Positions 1-12,300 of a stretch of 64,000 bases of DNA are shown here, in pieces. Below the pieces are notes generated by a model, which saw only the letters and a list, made by a program, of their open reading frames with translations, was not told the origin of the DNA and did not search any database. The DNA comes from Azolla caroliniana (Eukaryota > Plantae > Polypodiophyta). Position numbers and translations under genes: made by a program. Each line of letters starts with the position of its first letter. Position 1 is the stretch's first letter. The stretch lies in contig JBHGNT010000021.1 of assembly GCA_043228905.1 (NCBI GenBank), forward strand, positions 10,478,001-10,542,000, read 5' to 3'.

Positions 1-20
1 GGAAGCTAACTTAAAGCAAG

Positions 21-23
<3 letters not shown>

Positions 24-80
<57 letters not shown>
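24..80. repeat. (GA)n microsatellite
   Basis: Uninterrupted GA run of about 28 units. Confidence 0.97.
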
Positions 81-85
<5 letters not shown>

Positions 86-635
86 AAGAAAGATATATTA
101 ACGTCTTCTAAGGCCAAAATTGGCCCATGAGACAAATGGTTTACAACAAAAAATGGGATATTTACCCATTCATCAAAAGTAAAAAATAAAAATAAAAATA
201 AGATAAAAAATAGAGTTTTAAGCTAAATACTTCTGGTAAAATAACAAGCATTTTCTATATAAAAAAACATGTTCTACAATAAAAAGATGTTATACTAGGC
301 CTAATTTCATTTCCATCCAAGTCTCTCGAAGAGAAGTGGGAGGTCAAAGGGCTTCGATGTGGATGTGGGCCGTGGTCCCAATGTAAAAGGTAACCCAACC
401 ATAGCGTCTAGTCGACGTAGCTCAATTCCCTTATCTTCTTAATCTTTTCTACTTCGTGTCGACTTGTTTTGAAGCCCAACATCCGAGGGCGTTTGGTTGT
501 TCTTTGCATTCCGGTTTCCTCAAGAGAGAGGCCGAGCAGTGTAAGTGTATCCACATTCATCATCTCCCCTTGTTCCTAAAAAATTACACTAATTACAAGT
601 TGATGAATAGTAAAAGGGTTATGGTTAACACTTTG

Positions 636-3395
636 TTATTTATTCTCCCTATGTTGTTTTAGCTCTAAGATATACCTACCTAGTCTCTTTACATCCGGGG
701 TATCTAATAGTTTGGAGAGGGTGGGAGAGGGTCCTAATATGTCTTGGTATTCTGCCCGTATCTCGGTAGAAGTTGGGCACTTGCATGTGAAGTGATACTC
801 ATCCTCTATCTCTATGTGGCATAACCTACATAGCCTTTCCTCTCTACGGACTCTATTAGCCTGACCATTCTCAATCTCAAGTTGGTGAGATGATATCCTA
901 ATTTGTCCAATGGCCACCCTTAGTGCATTTGATAAGAATATATCTAGATATCTTGGTCGTGTAGTAAAACCTAACCGAGAGAAATGCAAGAAGTGTTCCT
1001 TATAGTACAACATTTTAGATGGGAGTGGTTCTCGTGGGGTGATCCATTTATATCGAGTGTAAATTTGTCATATTTCTTGGCGTATCACTTTATTACGGTC
1101 TTCATGAGATATTAGAGTTTGATCAGTCCCATGGTTGTACTTAAGGGGAGGTAAGTTATTAATGTCTATGCCGTTTGCAAGTAACCAACTCACCACAATG
1201 CTATACCAAAAGCTAGTGTCTCTAGACGCATGTAGGGATCGGGATGCCTCAAAGGCTAGACGGGATATCCTATCTTGTGGTTGGCCATGTATCCAATGAA
1301 TAAAAACTACCACTTGAAAAAGTGCTTCTACTAACATCGGGGGCAGACTAAACTCTGCTCTAATAATGTCATGTGGTACTGTCGATTTGCTTCGGAGTTG
1401 ACGTGATAACATCGTCACCAAAGGTCTCTCTAATTGTGTTCACATGAAAGATGGTAGACTTGGAGTCCATGCTATTGATGCATACATGAGGGAAGGGGTC
1501 ACTAATGAGTCGAAGAGCCATCCCTTAGTCCGTGGCTCTTGAAATTATGCTCGGTGGCATTGTCTCTCTAAGAGTGAGAGGGATGCATACCCTCTCATTA
1601 GCCTATCTTTGGCTTCTTGGGTCATCGAGAATTTACCTAAGCAAGCACTAAAAGTGACTCCCAAGTATACATATGATCCAACTACCTCAACTAGTTTATG
1701 AGAGAGGATTAGGTGACATTTACTCCTAAGAGTCCTCGTTGTGTACAAAAGTGATCTAGGGCATTAAGATGCTTTTGTAGGTCGTGTTCAGACTCCAAGA
1801 GCAAGACAATGTCATATGAGTAGAGTAAGAGACTAACTTGCATATCCCCAATAACTACACCATTGCCTCCCTTCTGAGCAATAAAATCAGTGACCTCATC
1901 AATGTAGATTCCAAAAAGAGTCGGTGATAGGGGGCAACCCTGTTTTACACCAATGGTGCTAGTGAAACAACGAGCCTTCATCTAGTCAATTAAGCACCTA
2001 AGTGTGAAGATATGGTCAATAGTGGAGAAGGCTCGTGTAAAGCCAGCCTGCTCAGGTGCTCGAAGACTTGATGTTTCCATATAATCGCTAAGCTCCGCTT
2101 CCATTACCGCACCATATAGTTTAGTGAGCGTATGTCCTATCATAATGGTCCTATATGTATTTGGGTCCATTGTGTCCCCTCCTTTATGTATAGGGGCCAC
2201 TGTGTTCATGGTCCATTGTGGTGGAAAACCCTCGATGAGGGCGCGGTTGAAGATTAGAGTGAGAAAGGGGGCTAGGCATTCTCAAGCATATATGATGTGC
2301 TTAGCTCGCAATCCTATGTGGTCCATGGATTTCCTATGTTGTAATTGTTTTATGACCTTCGTGACCCTAGAGGTCATGAAAAAGTGTCCCCATGGTAGGT
2401 CGAGGTGTGGAAGGCATTGGGATGGGTGGTTGGTTCGGGACATGGTAGAGTCTCTCGATATATGTGTGCCAAATATTGGGATCCTCGATGGGTGTTTGTG
2501 GTCATGGTTCCCGTAGTCTCTTCCATGCAAGAGCACAATCCCTACTCATGAGCATATTGTAGAGTTCCCAATATTGAGATGCTTCCCAAGCTCGTCTTTT
2601 ACGACGTGTCATCTTGCGCATCTGTTTGCGAGCCTGTACTGAGGAAATAGTAGCACTAATTCGTGACACTTTAAGTTATCTATACAAATCTGTACAACCC
2701 TCGTAATACCACTTGTTCTGTGGCATAGACTCTATTCTACTATGATTGGACTGTTTCGTGTATGGGAAGCTACTAATTGCTGCTGAGTGAAGGATGTGTG
2801 TGAGTTCTGTAGTGAGGTTCTCTAAAGGCAAGGAAGAATCAAAAGAGGAGAGATGGGATTGAACATGTCGGGAGTAGATGTCAGCGAGCTCATGCATGAA
2901 ATGTATTATGGTGTGATGGTTTGGTTGACTAAAGTTGGTGGTGTGGGAGGTGTTGCATTTTAGCTCAAAGTATAGGAAGCTATGGTCTGCACCAATAGGG
3001 CATGGGGCCACCCTGAAGGAGTTAACCATGTGGGTAGCTTGAGGGCGTCCTATTAGGTAATCAACTGTGCTTTTCCCCTCCTCCATGTGGGAAACATGTG
3101 AGCTCATCTGAGCCCGGCCACTTGGCTAAGCCATTATATATGATCATTTGGTGTCGGCTTCCAAATTCAAGCAGATGATGGCCAAAGTTTGTGGCATCCG
3201 CACCTTCATCCTTTGATGTACGTGTTACGTCTAAGTCTAAAGGGTCTATATTCACCATTTGTAGGTTTTTATCCATCTGAAATATTGTGCATTGTCGGGA
3301 TTGGGTTCTCTCATTGAAATCTCCTACAAGGAAGACTTCTCCTTGAGAAGAATATCGGATTATGTCATCTGATAAAGGTTCGTATGGAGAAGGCA
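636..3395 (-). mobile_element. Non-LTR retrotransposon (LINE), 3' part of degenerate ORF2: APE C-terminal half, RT, C-terminal Cys/His domain
   Basis: Collinear minus-strand fragments: GEVFLVGDFNERT and VDYLI/GADH (APE), APIHKGG..PNTYRTI, EQAGF..STIDHIFTL, GVKQGCPLSPTLFGIYID, LLYSYD (YADD-like), RLCRLC..EDEYHF..CP. Multiple frameshifts. Confidence 0.92.
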
Positions 3396-4126
3396 TGTTG
3401 AGTCACAAGCTCAATGTTGGGTGTGTAACACTGTGCATGACCTAGTGTGTAGTTTCATTAGGAAATTCCTTGAAAAGGATAAGATCTATTTTGGATAATC
3501 TTTTATTGGTAGAATCATTCTTGAATCTCAAGTGTCTGCCTGTATTATTATTTTTGGCTTACTCTTGGGTGGACAGTAACGTATGAACCTATGTTACATG
3601 GAAAGCCGGACTGAACAACCAAGGATTCTGTGTTTCTGTACTTGCCCCGCAAAGTTCCGAAAAGACCGGTTTTCTAGAAGCCTCCCGCTCATATCTCTCA
3701 TCAAAAGGCACTATCCGATAATGAGTTTTGAGGAACTCCCCAAGGAAACACTAATACAGAATGAGAGAAAGGAACAATAAATGTAGACTGGGTGCGTAAA
3801 ACAGTACGCATAATGTAAGCCGTAGCGGTGCGTAAACCACGAGGCCGTTGGAAAGATATTTCGCGTAGGATTATATTTTGGGAGTTAGTGTAGAGCTCAT
3901 TTATGAGCATTGAAGTATGTGTCAGTACTTCTGTCAGTCCGTATGGACTTGTATAAAAGTGCTCACTGAGCACATCCTATGTACAGATTGAGTGTTATTT
4001 TTGAATTGAGTTTGTGTGCACTCTCTTTGTCTGTCTCTCTCGAGTACTGTGTATATTCAAGCTCTCCATTAAACCTACATTTTTGTGTTCGGTTTTCTAT
4101 TGCTTATGCACACTATTCTTTTTACA
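3396..4126 (+). repeat. 5' LTR of copia A
   Basis: TG...CA termini; homologous to 30665-31061; directly followed by PBS. Confidence 0.93.
3453..3781. other. 329-bp insertion within the 5' LTR of copia A
   Basis: Absent from the 3' LTR and from the paralogous LTR at 60661-60970; flanked by TGTAG at 3448-3452 and 3782-3786. Confidence 0.75.
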
Positions 4127-4138
4127 TGGTATCAGAGC
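4127..4138 (+). promoter_or_regulatory. Primer binding site, initiator tRNA-Met
   Basis: TGGTATCAGAGC directly after the LTR. Confidence 0.95.
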
Positions 4139-4315
4139 GTGAGGGTTGAGAACCTCTGCAACCGACCTTAGCTCGCGAAGAAAACCTAACCTTTGTAAAG
4201 AATAGGAAAAACAAAATAGATAGAGGCATGGCTAGCTCGCTTCCAACAGAGAAGCTCAATAGAAATAACTATGCGTCTTGGTCTTACAAGATGCACCAGT
4301 ACCTGCTCGGGCACG

Positions 4316-4777
4316 TGTTACTAGCCGGCAAGAAGGCTTAAGGAGGTCCAAACCAGAGTGTGAAAGAAATAGTTATTCGGGAACTGTTGTAATTAGTAGT
4401 CTTAATATATATATATTAATATATAAGAAGATGTGGACGGACGGACCGGAATCGGTATGCCGATCCGGATCCGGAACGATCCCGTAAAGGTGCCGGTTGG
4501 CACCATTTTGTATTTCGCACCGGAGACCTATATAAAGGCCCGGTTACAATGTAATCAGGTGCGGATAATTAATAAAGCTTATTGTCTTAATCTTCCAGTG
4601 TTGATTACCGTTCTGTATTCATTGTTATATCTTACGCGTGTTAATTACGGATTGCTAAGTAACCAATTAAGGTCTAATTAAGCGTTGTGCCGTAAATCAT
4701 TCTACCGTACCACCCTTTGGTAAAGTGTCTTAAGTGGACACCCTGTGTTAGGCTGTTGTCCGGCCCTAGCAATAACA
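4316..4777 (+). repeat. Gypsy LTR, family B (copy B1)
   Basis: TGTTAC...AATAACA; shares motifs (ccgatccggatcc, tataaa, cttacgcgtg, accctttgg..gacacc.tgtgtt) with LTR 47310-47700. Confidence 0.75.
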
Positions 4778-4785
4778 CAGTTTTT

Positions 4786-6599
4786 TCGTCACTATCTCCA
4801 TTTCTTTGTCTCTATCAGTCTACCGGCCACTCATGACCATTGGTTGTCCCCGCTCCTCTATCTGTCGCCTACACTGTCCGGCCCGTCGTTCCAGCGTCAG
4901 TTGTTTGGCCTTTCTGGCCGCATTTCAGCCACTCCGGCCATTCCGGCTGCATTTCGGCACTTCTGTGCATTTTGGCCGCCCCGACCGTAGACGACTGCTT
5001 CCCGATCGCCGCCTTGTTTTCAGCCACTTCTTTCGCCGTCTCTGTCTGGCACTGTCATTCGTCTTCCGGTCCATCCGTTTGTTTGTCCCGGTCCGTTTTA
5101 GTCCGTCTGGCCGTTCTTACCGGCTGTTTCTGGTTATTTCCGCCATTTCTTCATCGGCTATCCGATCGCCACTGCTCTGGCCGCTATTCGGCCACTGCCA
5201 CAATCTGGTTACTATGAGGCCGACGCCACTGTCTTTGTCATGGCCATCTGGTTGCCGCCACTACTTGCCATTCGGCCACTGCTCCGGCCGTTGGTTGTCT
5301 AGCCACCACAAGCCGGTGATCGTCCCGGCTTCATCATCATTTTGGCCGTTCATCCCATCCGGTCATGTTTGTCTGTTCGTCAGGTTGTGTCTGTTCGTTT
5401 CCTCATGCTTTTTCTGCGGTTCTTCGGCGATAGGTTGTTCTTGGTCGTTGTCCATTAGTCGGTCGTGTTGTCTCTGTCCGACCGGGCCGTTGTTGGTCGG
5501 CCACCACTCTAGTCGTTGGTCTGTGGCCACCGTCATCTGATCATCGTCCTGGCTCCGTCACCATTCCGATCGTTTGGCCCGTCTGGCTGTGTCTTTTCGG
5601 TCTATCGTGTTTTTCTAGCTGTCTCTGTCCGCTTTTTGGCCGGTCTCCGGCCGCCGGCTGTTCTTGGCTGCTGTCTGTCGGTTGATCCGGCTATCCGTCT
5701 CTGACGATATCTTTCCGATCCTTCGTTCATTCTTCTGTTCGGCCGTTTCCGACCATCAAGTCGTTCTTCAATGGTCTTTGTCTCTTCGCATATTTGTCGC
5801 TGTTGACCTTGTCCGATTGTCTTCGTTCATCCATGCCTTGTCGCTATTGGTCGTCATAGTCACTATCTTTGTTGGCTCTATCTGACCGGTCTCTTTCCAC
5901 AGTTCGACCCTCGGTTTGGCCGCCGCTTGCCGGCCTCTCCGACCTTTTCCGTCTATGCCTCGGCCGCTGTCAAGCTACCACTTTGTTGCGGATTCCATCA
6001 CCGTCTCTGTTGGTTTCCGTCCATTTGAGTTCACGTCTGAGGTCTTTGCCGGTCTTCCATTGGTGTTGCCGGCTCGACTTCCGGTGTTGGAGGTTTTTGC
6101 CGGTGCACTTCCATCTTCGGAAGTTGCTCCACGACGAGTGCCGGAGGTTCCCGGTCTGCCAACTCTGGTTCCGGTGTTGGTAAGGTATTCGACTCCTTGT
6201 CCTCCGGTCCTCCTGGGGTGTCGTTACTGCTGCGATAGTTCGTATGTGCGCTGTAACCCCCTTCCGAATCAGATTCCAGAGCTGAAAATGCTTCGGAGTC
6301 GCCGTCTCTTCTGGCCAAGGCCTGGAGAAGGGTTTCCGCTTCCTAGAGGCTGCTTAAGCTGCTTCCTTCGTCTGGGTAGGCGTTTTGTTGCAGACGAAGC
6401 GACTCCGCCACTTTCCGGATCACTTTGGAAAATGATCGATCTGTTCGGATTTCTTCAGCTACTTGCTGGAAAGCCTCTCGCCGCCGTCTCCGTCCAGCAA
6501 GTCTTCGTGCTCTCTCCGTAACCGGGTCGTCTGTTGGCCTAGTCATCCATTCTTGCCGCTATTCACTGCGATTATGCAGGAATCGTGGTCGCCAAAAAC
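4786..6599 (-). mobile_element. Family-B gypsy internal region (PBS plus gag 5' part), inverted relative to LTR B1
   Basis: Minus-strand PBS TGGCGACCACG at 6594-6584; ORF 6343-6546 (MTRPTDDPVTER..DRSFSK..PDEGSSLSSL) is homologous to 47753-47959. Confidence 0.8.
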
Positions 6600-6980
6600 T
6601 GTTATAGGTTTTACGGTTAGGGTTAAGGACGATGATAATCATGATAAAGATAGACATGGTGGTTATGATGATGATGGAGAGTATGGGATTGATGGCGAGA
6701 GAGATCATGTGCACTGAGAAGCATTGCGGGGTGGGGGGTGATGCCTAGAATGGCTCCACCCCCCTCCCAAGGGGATTTAACGTTGAGGGGGAGAGAGAGA
6801 GAAAGAGAGATGACAAGAGAGAGAGAGATTGAGAGAGAAAAATGATCATTCATGTTTCATTCATTCCCCATAAGGGGTTAAATAGTACAAGAGGGGGTAG
6901 ATACATAGGGGTGTAAGCCCTATTGAGCATTCATACTGGACACTCACTCACACCTCCTCGTATCCATCCACATGCACACA
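6600..6980 (+). repeat. Partial LTR, family C, truncated by the assembly gap
   Basis: Reverse complement of ~7642-8022 with about 5 mismatches in 381 bp. Confidence 0.85.
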
Positions 6981-7080
6981 NNNNNNNNNNNNNNNNNNNN
7001 NNNNNNNNNNNNNNNNNNNNNNNNNNNNNNNNNNNNNNNNNNNNNNNNNNNNNNNNNNNNNNNNNNNNNNNNNNNNNNNN
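6981..7080. other. Assembly gap
   Basis: 100 N. Confidence 1.
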
Positions 7081-8022
7081 ACAGACAAAAAAACAGAAAA
7101 AGAGTGGGAGGAAAAGAGAAGGATAAAAAGCATCCAAGGACAAAATTTTAAAAACATGAGGGTGCATACTAAAATTTTCAAAACCGAAAGGCACCAACGG
7201 AATTTCAAAAACTCATCAACCTAAAAGAAATTGATGTGATCTACACGTGACTCACAAGATACAAAGAAGAACACACATACATACAATGTTTTTTGACGAC
7301 CCAAATGATGTTACCAAAGTTCATAAGTCGACAGAACAAGAATGTTCGTGTCGCAGAAGAGTCACTGACCGACAAAGATGTTCGAGTCAAGCACTCCAAT
7401 CGAGGGAGTCAATCAATGAAAGGACTGATGGAAGTTCCGGTCGAAGGAATATCATCATCAAGGCATGTGGGATCGACGTGCAAGGCACTTTCCCATGGGC
7501 GTGCCATATTGTGTTACCCCGTACGAGATGTACAGAGAGTCAAGTGTGATGAGAGAGGGTCGAATGTTATCATGATGTTGTGTATGTGTAGGGGGTATAA
7601 ATGTAGTTGTGAGTCTATACGTATGTGAACACATGCACACGTGTGTGCATGTGGATGGATACGAGGAGGTGTGAGTGAGTGTCCAGTATGAATGCTCAAT
7701 GGGGCTTACACCCCTATGTATCTACCCCCTCTTGTACTATTTAACCCCTTATGGGGAATGAATGAAACATGAATGATCATTTTTCTCTCTCAATCTCTCT
7801 CTCTCTTGTCATCTCTCTTTCTCTCTCTCTCCCCCTCAACGTTGAATCCCCTTGGGAGGGGGGTGGAGCCATTCTAGGCACCACCCCCCACCCCGCAATG
7901 CTTCTCAGTGCACATGATCTCTCTCGCCATCAATCCCATACTCTCCATCATCATCATAACCACCATGTCTATCTTTATCATGATTATCATCGTCATTAAC
8001 CCTAACCGTAAAACCTATAATA
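7081..8022 (-). mobile_element. 5' end of a family-C gypsy element: LTR 8022-7512, PBS 7506-7496, 5' UTR
   Basis: Minus strand reads ...GGGGTAACA caata TGGCACGCCCA (tRNA-Arg-type PBS); outer terminus TA (from TG) abuts TSD GCACG at 8023-8027. Confidence 0.72.
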
Positions 8023-8652
8023 GCACGGTTACTAGAGCTATGTTGACGGAGCAAATGACACAACACCCGATTCGACACACAAAGATTTCCCGGCTTGGGA
8101 ACAATCGGCGAGTAGAGTTCTCTACTGCTTCGCGTCTTGTGTGGACGAACAACTTCTGAGCTATATTCGGGATGCGAAAACACCGAAAGATGCGTGGGGA
8201 AATCTGAAGAAGATTTTTGCCACAAGCACCACAACCAAGAAGCTTCAACTTCGACAGGAGCTGAGCAACTTATGACAACGCGACTTGTTGGTGGCTGATT
8301 ACACCTCGAAGATCAAAGAGATATGTGACTCCTTAGCCTCTATCGATGTGAACGTTGAGGAAGGTGAGATGGTGCAGATCTATCTCGGGGGACTGGCGTC
8401 AAAGTTCGGAGCATTCCAAACTACTGTGTGTACACGGGAGAATACGCCGTCGTTTTTCGACCTACAGTCGATGCTCCTTATAGAGGAGAACCACGCAGGT
8501 GCGTCGACAAGTACGCATGCCGACAACAAGATGCTGTACACGGAGGGAGATAGGCCACGTGGTTGTGGCGGACGAGGCGAGTCGGCACGCAATGGAAGCG
8601 ACCGACGGGATCAAGGAAGAAGGTAGTGAAGTGATGCCGACAGCAAGTACGG

Positions 8653-9296
8653 TGTCGAGGTATTCCTCGCGGATGCGTGGAATGAGGCGGGGCCTCGGGG
8701 GTCTTGTACCGAAGAGCAAGAGACAAAGGAGAAGGGAAGGGACCCACTACGTGTGGGCGTATTTTCACAGGGACACGGCCCTTCGACACAAAGACGCGAG
8801 TGGGACACGACGCAGAGAGACACGAATGTATGTATATATATAATAACAAGGACAAACAACAAGAAGCACGAAGTCGGTTACAACCGAACAGGCCAGCGAA
8901 CAGATGCCGATGCCTGTTCGTAAACGCTCAGAAAGAAAGGAGTAGCTTGGAGGTGCTGCCGGAAGCACTCGGGCATTCCTCAGAGCAGCGCGAGCCTCCC
9001 GAAACCCTGCACAGAAAGAAGCTACGGAGTATGGAAGAGAGAGAAGCCTTCGGCCCACAACCCGACAACACTTCGTCCTCTCTAACCGCGATCCCACTAC
9101 TCCTCCTCGTCTCCCTCCTTTTATAGGCAAGAAAGGAGCCGTTTCCCATTAACTTCCTACCTACCGAATCTACCTACCTAGGATCTTCTATGTACCTAAT
9201 TCTCTCTTATGTACTACATAAGACGCACGTGCATGAAGAGCCGGTTCCTACGCTCCGGTGCACCGATTCCGCTTGTGGACGGTTTTCTTCACGACA
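8653..9296 (-). repeat. 3' LTR of G1
   Basis: 644 bp, TG...CA; TATA-like CCTATAAAAGG on the minus strand near 9127-9117. Confidence 0.96.
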
Positions 9297-9369
9297 TCTG
9301 CCCCCACCTAACCGCGCATCCACCGGCATGCGCCAAATTGAGTTGGGACGGAGAAAACCGGTCCAGCCT

Positions 9370-12300
9370 TCATTCCCCGCCCGTCGGTTCTTCCTCGGTT
9401 TCGGATCGTTCGTCGTCGTGGTCTAGGTTAACCGGATCCGGCTCGTCGTCGTGACGCTTCTTGAATGATTTGATCCGATTCCCAGCTACCGGTATCGCCA
9501 TTCTCGTGCCGTCGAGCTCCGCCAGATGGTACGTCCCGTTGTCGTTGGCGCTTTGTACCACGTAAGGCCCGAACCACCTTTTTGCGAACTTCCGTGTCGC
9601 TCGGTGCTGGTTGTCGAGGCTGCTGTCGTAGACTAGCACCCAATCGCCTTCCTCGATCTTCTTTGGTCGGAGCTGGTGCGTTCGGTCGAACCGGGCTTTG
9701 TTCCTCGTCCTTGCCACCCGAAGCTTTCCCGCAACCTGCTCCACGTCCTCCGGTCTTCGCTCGAGCTGTCGTATGCGCGCCACCAACAGTTCCTCCCGGC
9801 TGATCTCGTCTTTCCAGTCCACGGTTGCCCATGAGGAGATTGTACGTTCCATCGACATGATCGGCTTCTGCCCAAACATGAGCTCTGCCGGCATGAATCC
9901 GGTTACCGAACTGTGCGTAGTTCGGTCCGCCCACAACGCGTAAGGCAACAACCGCGGCCAGTTCCCGACTTGACCTCCGCATGCCCGAACTAACGCCTTG
10001 ACGATCGGTCCGTGTCCGCGCTCCACCTTCCCATTCGCCTCCGGATTGTACGCAGTGGTAAGCGAGAGCTTGACTCCTAGCCGGTCGAACAGCTCCTCGG
10101 TCTCTCCGGCGTCCAACTCCCCGCGATCAACCACGATCTTCCCGACGCACCCGTACCGGCATATCACGTCCTCGATCAGGAACCGACATACGGCCGCGGT
10201 CGTTTTGTTCTGAAGGGCTCGGCCTTCCACCTGGTTCGTCAGATCTTCCCGAGCTAGGACCAGATACCGCATCTGTCCTACTCCCATCGGCATCGTCACC
10301 AGATCTACCATCCATTTGAAGTGGATGGTCGGAGGGTACGTAGGGTGAAGCTCATCCCGATGTCGGACTATGGAGTGCATCTGACAGCTCTCGCAAGTTG
10401 TCACGAACCGATGCACGTCCCGGTACAGTCCCGGCCACCAGTACTTCCCCTTTATCTTCTCGAACGTGGCCCACGTTCCACGGTGTCCAGCCCAAGGGCT
10501 GTCGTGGTAGGCCGTCAGCAGCTCCTCCTATTCTTCCTTCATCGCCACCACCCGGAGCGGGACGCCGTTCCTCTTCTTCGGGTGCTTCCATAAGTATCCG
10601 TCCCGGAGAAAGAATCGGTATGCTTTCTTCCAGATCCGGTTGGCCTCGTCCCTCGTCCACGACCCATCCGGCGTCATTGTCCTCAAGAAACCACTGATCT
10701 GGAGCCACTCGCCATCGTACTTGCTCTCGTCGAAGCCGTTAAGCGCCGGAGTGCTCGTCCCATCGGTCGTCACGTACGTTGCCTCGAAGAAGTCCACGCC
10801 GACTTCTTCGTCCTCCGAAACCATGCCGCCCTCGTCATCAAACCTCGCCCTCGAAAGCATGTCGGCCATGGCGTTGTCCTTTCCGGAAATGTGTCGTATT
10901 TCCGGGTCCAGGGACTTAAAGTATGCTATCCACCTGAGCATCGCCAGGTCCGGTGTCGCGCATCCGGAAACCATGCCGAGAATTGGGAGGCAATCCGTCT
11001 CGATAATCACTTCTGTCCCGATCAGGTAGTCTTTGTTGGCCTTTACTACCGAAACGATACCCCAGAGTTCGCGTTTAACCTGGGCGTACCCTCGTTGTCG
11101 CTCACTGAGGACCTTCGCGCCGAATCGGATCGGGAACCGAATGCCGTCCTCGTCTTCTTGGTTGACGACCCATCCGATCCCGGTCGGACTCGTATCCACC
11201 GTTATGTATACCGGGGTACCCTTCTCGTAGACAACCTTCCGGAGCGCCAGTGCTGCCACAAGAGCTTCCTTCAGCTTCCGGACCGACTCCGTGTGTTCGT
11301 CTCGCCACTCGAATTTTCGCCCTTTCTTCAGCAACCCGTATAGTGGCTCCGCAACGTGGGCGTAATGCGGGATCCATATGTGGTAGAATGCGCACGCCCC
11401 CAGGAACCTCCGAACTTCCGTAACCGAGCTACAGTTGGTCTTCATCGCGGAGATGGCTTCTACCTTTGCCGGAGACGGCTTCCGGCCATATGGTCCACAT
11501 AGGTGTCCGACCACCAGGATTTTTGATTGCCCGAAGGCCGATTTCTCCCCGGAGAAGGTGAGCCTCGCAACCTCTAGCCTTTGTAGCACCTTCTCGCAGT
11601 CGTCGATGTGTGTTGCCATGAATCGCCGGCATCCGTCCGGCCCGAGTGTCTCGTCCTTTTCTTCCACCGGGCACCCCTTGATCGGGATGTCGTCTAGAAA
11701 TGGCATGGTGATGTCTGGGATGCAATCCCTCAATACCTTGTTCATTGCATTCACCATGTGGGCCACTAAGTTGGTCCCTCCTTGTGGCAGGGTACACATT
11801 CGCACTAGGCCGAGGGGAGTTCGCATCATCGTAATGTCTCTGCTCTCCACGGCTAGCTGGAACTGGTCGTACCCCGAGTACAGATCACCGAACGAGTAAA
11901 TCGACCTTCCGGCGAAGGCCTCCGCGAACTCGTCTATGGTCGGTCCGATTCCTGCATTTCGAATGGTCACTCTGTTGACCGGCTGCAGGTCTTGAATGAA
12001 GCGCAATGTTCTGTTTTTCTTTGGTACGGTAAACCATCGGTTTGAGTATGGGGCACTCGACGGTTCGAGAATGCCCATATCAACTTTCTGCCTCAATAGC
12101 TCCATCAACTTCGGGATGTGAGCTCTCGGTACTGGAATCGGCTTGAGATTCCACGGCACATGCGGTACCGTGAATATCACCATCGGCTCCACGATTGTCG
12201 GGTCTACGCACCCGATCTCTTCCGGTGAGAATGCGAAGGCTTTCCCGTGCCTTCCAAGCATCCTCCGAAACCGGTCTTCCTCAACCGGCAGTAGGAACCC

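Larger units (their letters stand above)
4228..8652 (+). pseudogene. gag: Copia A gag (segments 4228-4315 and 8028-8652), interrupted
   Basis: MASSLPTEKLNRNNYASWSYKMHQYLLGH, resuming after TSD GCACG; YTSKIKEICDSLASI...LQSMLL.EE (UBN2-type gag); collinear with the paralog at 44916-45860. Confidence 0.88.

Noticed and set aside
81-635. Host gene, LINE tail or LINE TSD
   Set aside because: No motif, tandem tail or matching duplication found; ORF 456-662 looks spurious.
4745-6521. Long plus-strand ORFs (e.g. 4806-5540, 5916-6521)
   Set aside because: Antisense to purine-rich low-complexity gypsy interior; no recognisable motifs.
6600-8022. DNA transposon with long TIRs
   Set aside because: Flanks AAAAC and GCACG are not a TSD, and the right copy ends at a PBS, so it is an LTR.
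7565-8022. Plus-strand LTR starting at 7565 after a purine tract
   Set aside because: The minus-strand AACA-caata-TGGCACGCCCA at 7512-7496 is a better LTR/PBS boundary; not fully excluded.
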